Shown in pieces: positions 37,015 through 47,870 of a stretch of 64,000 nucleotides of DNA; position 1 is the stretch's first letter, and each line of letters begins with the position of its first letter. This DNA is from Blasia pusilla. Taxonomy: Eukaryota. The position numbers were made by a program, and so were the translations under genes. The stretch is taken from NCBI GenBank assembly GCA_050084515.1, contig CM114271.1, positions 10,850,001-10,914,000 of the forward strand, written 5' to 3'. The notes beneath the pieces were generated by a model. It searched no databases, had not been told where the DNA came from, and saw only the letters and a program-made list of their open reading frames with translations.

Positions 37015-38215
37015 TGTAATGTACAAGTGTTTCTATTTTATAGTCGATTTAGTAAGTTCAATCCTCAAGAGGATCATTGCTTGATGAAAAGAGAGTTCGG
37101 AATTACAATTATGTTGTAATAATTGTATTTAAATGTGTGTGAGTTATATTCAATGTCTTATCAATATCTTCTGATATTTCTTAGTACCAAAGGATCTTTT
37201 CTCGGTTCTCTCTAGTGGAATTGACAGCATGTTCAGGTAGATTTTCCTCTCGACATCAAGAAACCTCACAGAGATCTCAACACAGAAGCTGGCTTCTCCT
37301 ACTTTCGGAACTCAATCCGTCTCGGTAGGTTACTCTCTGTCAAACAGATTTCCTACAACTCATGTTGATTATTTCACTGATGAGAAAGGTTCTCCTGATT
37401 TACTCCTCATTCTGCAGACCCAAAAAGAATACTCAGACATAAGAATCGCACATCAGAATGAATGAATGACTGCTTTACTACTCCATCAAGAATGAGAAAG
37501 CTTCAAAGTGTATACAAGCTTGAGAGGGTACTTCTCTCTTGCTCAGACCATTCCTACAACATAAGGACTTCGTAAGAGAATGATGATAATGACTTCTGCT
37601 TTGCTTCTTAAATATTCGTTGGAGTGGAAGTGATCCTAAGATTCGAAACGTTCTTGATGAAGCTAGTGTCTCTTCACTATTTCTAACTACCTAGATCTAT
37701 GGTTCTCTTAGCTTTTCCTACGATCCCTATGAATCCGCGGTACAAAATTGTTCTAACTACCAATTTGATAACTGTTTTAACATGTGTCTAACTGTTTTAA
37801 CATGTGTCTCTTGAAATCACTGTCCTTCTTAGCTTCGCTTCGTTGGACTTCAGGAGGACGAATTACTCCATGCTTCGTTCTTATTTCCTATGCTTCGTAC
37901 TTCGTGCTTCGCGCTTCGTTAAAGAGCGAAGTACTTCGTTCTTCTTTTCTTCGTGATGCTTCGTTATGTAGCGAAGCACTTCGTAGAAAGAGCTTCGTAT
38001 ATCTTCGTTAGGCTTCGTTAAGCTTCGTTATTGCGTTTTCCTCTCCTCTAAGGCAAATCCTTGATCTTCCATCTCTCTGCCTTGTCCCAGGAGCTTCGTG
38101 ATTCACTTATTCTTCTTCATAATAATAAATAATCATAATCAAAATCATAATATACAAGAGTCTTCGTTGAATAAAAAGATATATTCTTCAAGAGTACAAA
38201 ATTGTGGGTATCACA
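37015..38215 (-). repeat. 5' LTR
   Basis: Direct repeat of 27485-28702, followed by TSD CCAAA. Confidence 0.96.
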
Positions 38216-38669
38216 CCAAACTTACGGCACTCAATCTACAATCCCTCCCATTGAGACGTACTATGCGGCAACAAGCGATGTGGTGCGGCAAATCGGCTGA
38301 TCTATCGTTTCATGGACAAAACATACCCTCAACTCTGGACATCCCGCATAGGTCTATGTCCACTAAACCCATACATCAATGATGCTCTCAGCATCAACAC
38401 GAAACCCAATATCCCAAATAACTATTTGCAGGCCTTGTATACGGGTTGCACCAACATTCTTGATGCAATCCGTCGCTCTCCGACTGGTTGCACACTCAGG
38501 CAACTCGTCGGTTTCCGACGGGTTGCACACTCGGGCAACCTGTCGCATGCGACAAGTTGCTTGGTTTCTTTGGTTTGAAATCCCTATAGTGCCCACGCTT
38601 CTCAACTTGAGGTGCAACTTTTCAAAAAATTCTCACCGTGAGCTCGGCAAGACAAAATAGTGAACTCAC

Positions 38670-40700
38670 CTGCCGCATGAAGTTTCCCCATTGTCTCATT
38701 CGTACAGTCCACCAACTCAGCCAAGAGCACAACTCTTTGTACTTCCCCTCAATCGCATGCTTCCTCCACCACCCATGAAGTTCTTCTTGGCATTCCATGG
38801 CCTATTTTAAGGTTTTGCTGTCCTTGCAACGTTGGAGTAGAGTGACATGCTCTGTCTTCTTATTCTCCTTGATGCAAGATTTGGTGTACCGGGTCACAGA
38901 CTGTTGCCAATAGAAAGCATCTAACCTTTCCCTCTCCAGTTGAACCTCTTCATCCCAAAACACTTCCCTGATAGCAATCCACCCAGGTTGTGCATTGTCC
39001 GCCATGAACCCATAAATTTCCGGAGGTGGCCTTTTGTTTTTCTTCACCACCTCCAATAAGAGTAACCAGCACATCTTCAAACTGACAACGTCTTCTGCTT
39101 TTACATCACAGACAAATATAGTTTTGAGTCCCTTCTCCACATGGTCATAAATATGAGCACCCATTTTCAACCATCCGTTCAACACTCTATAGCAAATATC
39201 AAAGCTTACCCAGCTCCAGGAAAGATCTTCTCCTTCCCTCATTTGATCTATAAGATCGAGGCCCCTCGACGGACCTCTCGTTGACATTTTGAAGACATAG
39301 GCCCTGGATCCTTCGCCTCCTTGGCCGATGAACTGCCAGCTCTGAATGAATGGAAATCTGGAGTTGGCCTTGATTCTAGCAATGGCATCCATTCCGGCTG
39401 TCTTTCCATCAAATACCTGTATTTGACGCAGAAAATTCCAGAAGCATTCAGGATCAGCGAAAAATGCGAGATTTTCCCGTAGCTGTTTCACCTTAGCAGC
39501 CGTGATCTCGCCTTGTGGAGGGATTCCAAGCAGTTGTTCACATATTTGTGATGATGTTGTTAACTTGATCACTCCGAACTTTGAACCCGGAGAGTTTCTA
39601 TAGACCTCGGCCACTTTCTTCGCCACATCCTCCTTGATGTGTCTCTGAATTGCATCGGTCACAGGATGAGTGTGGGAGCCAACATGAACTGCCAGCCTTG
39701 TGTACTCAAACGTGGAACCCAAGTCGTGGACAATGAAAAATATGTATGCAGGACACGCTCCAACGTAGAAAGGGGATGCCTGACAATGAGGACATCGATG
39801 GCCTCCCGGTGGTATGGTGGCACCGACCTCATATGGAGTTTTTGCATTCTTGGGGGGAATTGCAACGTATTGACCTACCCGTTGCGCTCTAGATACGGGC
39901 ATGCTGGACTTCTACACTCCAAGGCTCCAACGCATTGGCGGCAGAAGACAATCCAAGGACCATTTGGAATTGAAGCACTAGTCCGTTGAAGATTGCACCA
40001 TCAATGACGATCAGACTTTCTGTCCATACCCTTCAAGTGTCCTCCATCTTTCTTTTGAGCAAGAGCAGCAAGTGGAGGTAACTCAAAAATGCAATTACCA
40101 TCGTACGTGGGCGGCAGCTCGTCGACAAGAATATGCTTGAACATTTTCAAGGCCAAAGACGATAGCAAACTATTGCCTGATACTCGCAAGAGGAACGAGT
40201 AGGGGGACAAAGGGCCCGGTTGGTGTCCAACATATCCACTGAGGTTGACAACATCTGGAATGTCTTCAGGAAGTACAACATTGTTACGAGCATGTGAAGT
40301 TGGAGTCAATGCTGGATCTATTGAGCTAGGAGTTGCAAACATAGAGCTCGGTGCACTAGGAAATTCTCGACCGTCTACTTGGGAAACTAAGGAATTCAGA
40401 GGCAAGCTGTAAACTCTATATTGACCATTTGCTAGAGGTAGGAGATTCCATACTTTACTGTCTGCAATCACTAGCTGGATTATCTCACCTATTATGTCCT
40501 CCGTACCGTCCATCATAACATCCTTGGACACAAAGATGGTTCCAATTTGAAGAAGAAATCGAACTGAGAGAAAATTTTCATCCATTGGTATGAAAGACTC
40601 ATGAGCTTGCGGTCGAACTATTTTTGATTGAGGAAGGGAGGCTAGATGACTGCCACAAGTGAGCTTCACATAATTATCCATTCCCAAATGATTCCACCGG
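38670..40700 (-). pseudogene. GCM-like zinc domain + MULE-type DDE transposase exon, copy B
   Basis: DRH*WC...CVGALECRSPACP...CPHC...C...HVGSHTHP (WRKY/GCM-like); VFKMS; WVSFD (D1); FMADNAQ (D2); DAFYWQQS at the CxxH position; WLSWW..R..QWGNF|GTGAGT donor at 38670. Contains stops and a frameshift. Confidence 0.78.
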
Positions 40701-41174
40701 GTGGAGATGAGAATAAGAATAAGAATGAGAATGAGAATGTTTAATTTATAGTGCATAGAGACTCAGATTCTCTTGACAGAATTTGACTGACAAGATGAAG
40801 TTTGGTAGGTGAGATTTTCTGACATGATGGATTGAATTCTGTTGCAACCTATTGGAGTCTGATCGGTTGCAGAATTTGGGAATCAGAGATATGGGTTGCG
40901 AAGCACCCAGTTCTGTTTTTTGTTTCCATGTCCCAATGCAAGTTGGAACCCGTCGGAGTCCGTTGGGTTGGTACCCCCTTCTTGCCGATCAATGGTATTT
41001 TGAGTCGATTTTGCTAGCATCAAACACGAGACATCATTTGCATTTGCTAAGGCAACCAATTGTTGGGGATTGTCACGGGATTGTCCAACTCAGGGTAGAC
41101 CTTGTGACCCGTCGGATTGCAAGGGATTGCCTCGGAACTATGCGTTGTCGCATTGTTACCCAAGGGATAGAAAA

Positions 41175-41760
41175 TCGTGCAATCTGTCGATAATCGACGG
41201 GTTGCCCAGGTACCTTGCCTATTACCCCAAGATGAGGGAAGCAAGCAACCCGTCGGTCTCCGACGAGTTGCGCAGGTATCCCGCCTTGTTATCCCAAGAT
41301 GAGGGAAGCGTGCAACTCGTCAGCCTTTGACGGGTTGCGCAAGTGCCTCGCCTTGTGACGCTTATATGAAGAAAGCGTGCAACCCGTCGGCCTCCGACAA
41401 GTTGCACGGGTACCCCGCCTTGTTATCCCAAGATGAAGGAAGCGTGCAACCCGTCGACCTCCAACTGGTTGCGCAAGTGCCTCGCCTTGTAACGCTCACA
41501 TGAAGGAAGCGTGCAACCCGTCGGCCTCCGACGAGTTGCGCGGGTACCCCGCCTAGTTATCCCAAGACGAGGGAAGTGTGAAACCCCCCGGTCTCCGACA
41601 GGTTGCGCGGGTACCTTGTGTTCTTGCCCGAAGACGGCGGAGGCGCGTAACCTGTCGGTCTCCGACGGGTTTCCAGGATAGCTCGGCTTTTTAACCCGAG
41701 GAGAACGGATGCCTGCAACCCGCGGGAAGCATGCAACCCGTCAGAGCCGTCAGGTTGGTG
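41175..41760. repeat. 67-bp-period tandem array of the 27-bp palindrome in the divergent promoter
   Basis: GCAAC starts at 41179, 41245, 41312, 41379, 41446, 41513, 41580 and 41647. Spacers are homologous and alternate between two types. Confidence 0.9.
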
Positions 41761-41847
41761 GTTTTCACGTCCAGACTTCCATAACCGCCGACACGTCACC
41801 GTCAGAACGACGGTGCGACCCAATGGCCAGCCCTACGGCTTGAAAAG

Positions 41848-41855
41848 TATAAATA
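41848..41855 (+). promoter_or_regulatory. Candidate TATA box of the ParB/MTase-like gene
   Basis: TATAAATA in GC-rich context, 233 bp upstream of the ATG at 42081. Confidence 0.5.
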
Positions 41856-42080
41856 GGCGAGGGTTTGCTCATTTTCGGTTTTTCGTTTCGCAATCTCGAT
41901 TGCTCTTCCGTGTGGCAGCTGACCAGATACCAAGGGGCGCTTTACACGGTGACTCATTGAGAGACTCATGGCGAGACGATTCAAGCGAATCATCAAGGCG
42001 ACTCATCGCGACATCAGCAAGGCAACTCATCGTGCGTAGAAAGTAACTTCATTGTCGAGGAGGATGTATTTTTGGGAAGC

Positions 42081-44853
42081 ATGACGAGGAAAAAATCTCA
42101 AGCAAGCAAAGTTGGGAGCTTCACTCCCAAGTCCATGAGGACTCTTGCGTCATCATCTCCAAGACCTCGTTTGGCCAATGAGATAAGGCAGAAAGAGATC
42201 GAGGAGCGGGAAAGGGAAGCGGATATGCACAGGCAGGAGCTTCTTGAAAAACGTGTTTTGGAGGTGCTCAAAAATAGAACGTAGAGGCTGAGGCATCGCA
42301 GGCCTTGAAGAAAGGGATCGGTGAGGAAAAGCGTGAAAAGAAGCGTCTGGACGCGTTAGTGAGGAGAGCAGAATTGGGAAAAGCTCGAAGGGAAAAAGCG
42401 AATGCCATTGAAGAAAGCCAGGTCCGTCCAACCGAAAGTGTTGAGATGCACCAAAATGTCCCAGATGAAGTCCAGAGCCACAATCAATATAAAATCGGTT
42501 GAGGAAACGGCCGAAGTTCAAGTGACGGACGATGAGGTCATGAGGACCGCCAGCGTGGAGATGGTGGACATCTATGAAGAAGCACGAGAGCAGTCTTCCT
42601 CGTCTCTGAGCCCGGCGGAAGAAATCGACCTCTATCGGATCGACGAGTTTCCACTGGACTTGCCAGCAACTGTCCCAGAGCAGTTGGCGGGCCAAGATAC
42701 TGACCCAACCTTTGAGCGGGTAAGAAAAGATCTTGGATCTTTGAGTTATGTGAAGGCCTATATTTCAATTCATTGGCAATTCATTGTAGTTTATTAACTT
42801 TGTCCCCATTGTGACAGGTTGTAAAGCAGATGGCATTGATGGAGGGCCAGAACGACTCGAGAATTCCACTTTGCCGATTGCGGAAAATGGAGTACATCCG
42901 CAAAATTCAGTCTGACGAGGATATTGCGAAGCTGAAACAGTCGGCAACGACAACATCCTACGTCGACAACTTCCCTCCGTTCTATGTTCAGCCTTACGAT
43001 CAACATGGAACCCAAGCGCTAGTGACGGAGGAGGACTTGGAAACGCTTAACACATTCTAGAGGATGAGAGATCAGGAATTCAGAAGAGCAATTGAGGGGA
43101 CGGAATTCAGCTGGATGCAGAACCTCTGTTTCTTCATCTGGGATGGAAACCACAGGTTCATGGCGTGGACCCAGTTTGCAGAGGAGCGCCAAAATTCATT
43201 GGAGGCGCATTTTTGTGTGAAGGCAGTCATGCTAAATCCATACCCTCATCACATGGCGACGGTGGAAATGGCCATGCGTGCCATGAACACGTAAGTTTCC
43301 TCTTCCTTTTGTTTTTTGATTGCTGCAAACCGTCGGACTCCGACGAGTGTTTAACTAGTGGTAACAAAATATCGGATGCCTTAAAGCAACTCATTGGAGT
43401 CCGACGAGTTGCTTGACTGGCCGCTGTTTTTAGGATATTTCTGGCCGAAAATAACTGGTCGGAGTCCGACGAGTTGCTTGACTAGCCGCTGTTTTTAGGA
43501 TGTTTTTGGCCGAAAGCAACTTGTCGGAGTCCGATGAGTTGCTTGACTGGCCGCTGTTTTTAGGATGTTTTTGGCCAAAAGCAACTCGTTGGACTCGACG
43601 GGTTGCATTTTCCGCCACGGGTAGGTGATCGGAGTAGGGGAGCTTGAGTTTTGGCATCAAATTGCAGCTTTACTTGAAATTGCGCAACCTGTCGGACTCT
43701 GATGGGTTGATATGTTCACTTTTTCTGCGGAAACCACTCTCTGAATAAAAATCATCTGACAACCTGTCGGAGTCTGACGGGTTGTAACCAAGCAATCAAA
43801 AATTTGAATGCAATCCGTCGGACTCTGATGGGTTGCAATATTTAGCTCTTAGCTACCATTTCGACCATGAGGTGTAGCGACCTGTCGGAGTCCGACGGGT
43901 TGCAGAACCCATGTAGCTTGCAAAAATTCTATAGTGTGTTTGGATGTGCAGGATTATATCCAAGGGGAACATCACCCACCACTGGATCCAGGATTGCAAT
44001 TGGGTGAAGAAAGTGCTAACGACGCATCCGACACAGTACAAGGGGTTCTTGGGAGACACTCTTTTTAATGAGATGCTGGCAAAGGGGGCTCAAATAAGAA
44101 AAAAGACTTGGGCAAATACATTTATTTCCCAAGATGCAGCCGTGACAATCCTTTGTTGGTCAAAGATACAGGTCGCCAAGAAGAGCGCTTCATTGGAGCT
44201 GGAGTAGAGGGAAAACGTGTATGCGTCTGAGCATGCTAAGTTCTTCCAAGCTGCAGTATGTGCAGTTACGAAGTACATTGCAAGCAAGATGCAGCGCTAC
44301 ATCGCCATTCTCAACCCTGAACTTGGCCCCGATTTCTACAAGGAGCTGAAGGCGATAATCAAGCGCCTGCAGAAGAGGGGTGAAGATCCGCATGGTCAGA
44401 TTGGGGAGAAAGTGTTTCTCAACCGCGTCCATAGATTTGCCTTGTCTGGAATTTCGGAATTCAGGAGAATCTGACCGATGAAAATCAGTTTGGAGGACGC
44501 AGAGGCCCAAAAGAGGGCGGCACACCATCCTCCGGGTGTCTATGATCCAGTGATCTCCCACTGGTTCCGTGAATGGTCATTTTGGGACTCGTTTTGGCTT
44601 CTCTAGAAGTCCATGCTCGTGGGTGTCCAAGTGGAGCTGAAAAAAATAGAGTTTGTTCCGGAGGAAGCAAAACTGGAGAGTGCTGAAGATTTCAAACTTT
44701 GGCTTGATGACATCCAGGACAAGCCCATGAAAAACCCAGGGTTCAGGACAATGTTCAAGGATCACATCCTCCCTCACGCAGACCTGGATGAAGAAATAGA
44801 GGCAAAGAAAAGGGATTTTGCAAAGAAGAAGCGAGATCTTGAGGAGCAGGCGG
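42081..44853 (+). pseudogene. ParB/Srx-domain gene, copy 1 (exons ~42081-42719, 42818-43290, 43952-44853), truncated by a Gypsy fragment
   Basis: GT-AG introns at 42720-42817 and 43291-43951. IPLCRL...IRKI...DIAKLKQS...PPFYV...FIWDGNHRFMAW. Premature stops. Confidence 0.8.
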
Positions 44854-44854
44854 T

Positions 44855-47800
44855 TGATGCAGGAGCGAGCATTTCAGTTGCTCAAGGACAGGTTGACGTC
44901 CGTACCCATCTTGAGGAGACCGATCAGGGGGCGTCCTTTCCAATTGCACACAGATTGGAGCATGTTGGGGCTTGGAGCGGTGCTCACCTAGCATGATGAT
45001 GAGGGTAGAGAGTTTGTGGTGGCTTACGCTAGTCGCTTTCGAACAACGCCGCAGAGGCTAAGCACACTCGTATGAGGGTGAGTGCTTGGTCATGTGTGGG
45101 CTGTCGCGCATTTCAGGTGTTACTTATTTGGCAACCCCTTTACCATCATCACTGATCATCAACCACTGAAGTGGTTGATGGAGTCCGAAAAGCTTACAGG
45201 GAAGCTTGCGAGATGGGCTCTGTTATTGCAGGAGTATGATTTTCAGGTGGTACATAGACCTGGGACGCTCAACCAGGATGCAGATGGGTTGAGTCGTAAC
45301 CTATGCCCGAGTCAACGAGATGCGATTGGAGCTCAATGGCACGGAGAGAGTGATGAGGAGTCGGTGCCAAGATGGCACGCGTCAGCCTATTTAGGCATGT
45401 TGGCTATGGAGAGCCAGAGTGTGGAGACTTCGATGGCGAGGTCTAGTGGAGAGTCCTTGGATCCCGAGGCCAGTGAGGACATGACAATTGGCCGAGATAT
45501 TCATGATGATGGAGTAGTCTTGGAGTACCTTCGTACAGGCAGCCTTGCGAGCACCATGGATGCTAGAGAGCGGGATTGGATCCTACAGTGGGCCAGACGG
45601 TTCCGTTGGGAGGGGACACATGTTTTGAGGGTTTGGGAGGATGGCAGAGTACGCGTAGTGCCGCATCCTTTGCAAAGAGCACGACTAGTGCAGCATGCCC
45701 ACGAGGAGTTGGGTCACTTTGGGGTGAAGCGGACGTACAACTTGCTCCAGATTCAGTATTGGTGGCGAGGCATGCAGACTGACGTTCAGCAGTTTGTTGC
45801 CAGGTGCATGGTGTGTGATCGGGTCCGAGCATCGTTCAATGCTCCGACTCCACAGTTGCATCCGTTACCGATCATGGGCTTAGGATATAGATGGAGTTTG
45901 GATTTTGCAGGACCTTTGCCCTTGACTGAGCGTCACAGTCGTTATGTGTTGGTGATGGTCGAGCACTTCTCGAAGTGGATCAAGTTGGTTGCATTGCCTG
46001 ACAAAGCGAGTGAGGGAGTAGCTTATGCCTTCCTTGACAGAGTGTTGAGTCATTATGGCACACCAGCTGAGGTGTTGATAGACCACGGTACTGAGTTTCG
46101 CGGTGAGTTCCACGCCTTGTGTGATCAGGCGCTGATCGACCACCGCACGACTTCGCGAGATCATCCCGAGGCGGATGGATTAGCGGAGAGAGTTTTGCAG
46201 ACCGTGAAGAGGGGTTTACGCAAGTATGGCTTGCAGAGAGGTCATCTAGGAGATTGGGACCTCTAGTTGCCATGGTTGGCGATGGGATATAGATTCAGCA
46301 GGCAGGCATCCTTAGCGTCTTTTTCACCGTACTTGCTACTTTATGGTCGAGAGCCAGATTTACTTGCGGCCACTCGTCGAGATGCTGGTGAGGTGCTGGA
46401 CCTTGATGACCCAGATGTATGGGTGTGAGCATATTCTCAGAGGGCTGAGTTATTTCAGAGAGTGATGTCCATGGCGTTCGAGAACTTGGCGATTGCACAA
46501 CATCGGGATACGTTGAGGTATGCGACTATTCGGGGTGGTGGTTATCGACCAACTATCCGGAGGTTTCATCAGGGAGATTATGTCTACTTGCAGCAGACGG
46601 CACCGACGACGTTGGATGTGACTGCAAGGCGCACAATCCTGAGAGTGCGTGACATTTTGCCATCGGGTGTTCTCTTGCTGGAGGGACGCGATGGTAAGGT
46701 ATGGAGGGACCATGTGCGTAACTGTGCGCCATGTCACCTTCCTAACATTGATGGTACAATAGATCCGAGCTTAGCAGTAGTTCTTGCAGGCTTGCGTTGT
46801 ATGTTGTGTGGTTCTGCCCGTGGTGCGGCCACAATGCTAGTCTGTGATGGGTGTTCGAGAGGATGGCATATGGCATGTTTGACGCCACCTCTCACTAGGG
46901 TTCCTCAGGGACGATGGATGTGTCCCAGATGTACATAGAGTAGGTAGTTCTACATTCCAACTTGTGTCTGTGACATGGATGACAAGGAGGCGACTAACGA
47001 TGGGGCCACATGAGCACCCGGCCTTCTTGCTCTTAGTGTCCGAGAGATGTATGTCATGGTAGGTAGGGATAGATGGCTATCTGGAGTTAGAGGGACCTAA
47101 CCACCAGCTAGGGGGGCGATTGGAGATATTTTGGTACTTCTTGTCTCGTTGTTTGGATGCCATGAGTTAGCATGGGATCATGCGTGTTTGTGTGTGTGTT
47201 CGGTGACAGCGATGTGTATGCGCATGACAGCTGTCACGTCTTTTAGGATAGATCGGTGAGATCTAATAGAGTGCCTTTGTGAGTAGTGGAGGACACGCTT
47301 AGTCGGTCGCGGATGACGTGCTGAGACCCCAGGAAACCTGAGATAGCAAGTTTCCCCTTCGTTTCGGCTCATTTGGAGCCATATTGAGGAACTTACTATT
47401 TTAGGTAAGTACCATTTTGAGTATATGATCGACTTGCTATTTTTGGTAAGTGGCCCTTGACCTCCTACATCAGGTCAAGATCCAAGGAGGTGACTTGGGA
47501 GAATCGGTTACCATGGAGAGAGCTTGGGAGAGGGGATGGGTATACCTCAAGGAGAGAGAGCTTGAGAGCTCATTCTCTCGTTGTTGAACCTCTTGGCATG
47601 AGGCGGCGGAGCTATGGTACCTTGCCTTGTGAGTGTAACCCAAGCCTCTAATTAGGAGAGTGGGTTTGGTTTGACATGAGAGAGAGTGCACACCTTTGAG
47701 AGCTATGGTGTGAGATGGTGGAGAGAGAGATTGGATCTTACTTTATTGGAGATATTTTGGTACTTCTTGTCTCGTTGTTTGGATGCCATGAGTTAGCATG

Positions 47801-47870
47801 GGATCATGCGTGTTTGTGTGTGTGTTCGGTGACAGCGATGTATGTTGTGTAGCGATGTGTATGCGCACGA
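44855..47870 (+). mobile_element. Ty3/Gypsy 3' fragment: RNase H, integrase, C-terminal PHD finger, PPT and partial LTR
   Basis: LHTDWS..GLGAVL, TDHQPLKW, ADGLSR, HEELGH..C..C, WSLDFAGP, DGLAER, CMLC...LVCDGCSRGWHMACL...WMCPRC. PPT AGGGGGGCGA at 47110-47119; TGTCACG at 47232 as the likely LTR start. Confidence 0.88.
46795..46938 (+). CDS. PHD finger at the integrase C-terminus
   Basis: C4HC3 pattern CMLC-x11-CDGC-x4-HMAC-x14-CPRC with the conserved W. Confidence 0.92.
   Translation, partial: RCMLCGSARGAATMLVCDGCSRGWHMACLTPPLTRVPQGRWMCPRCT

Larger units (their letters stand above)
27485..38215 (-). mobile_element. Full-length Ty3/Gypsy LTR retrotransposon (non-chromovirus, Athila/Tat-like), 10.7 kb
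   Basis: Two ~1.2-kb LTRs with TG...CA ends, 5-bp TSD CCAAA (27480-27484 and 38216-38220), PBS, PPT, and domain order gag-PR-RT-RH-INT. Confidence 0.96.
38438..44853. mobile_element. Copy B of the palindrome-bearing DNA transposon: transposase (-) head-to-head with ParB/MTase-like gene (+)
   Basis: Divergent gene pair with the same 27-bp palindrome in both genes' introns and the shared intergenic region. Truncated at both ends; no TIR or TSD visible. Confidence 0.8.

Noticed and set aside
41175-41760. CRISPR-like array (27-29 bp palindromic repeat with ~38-bp spacers)
   Set aside because: Spacers are homologous to each other, repeats are degenerate, no cas genes are present and the context is eukaryotic with spliceosomal introns.
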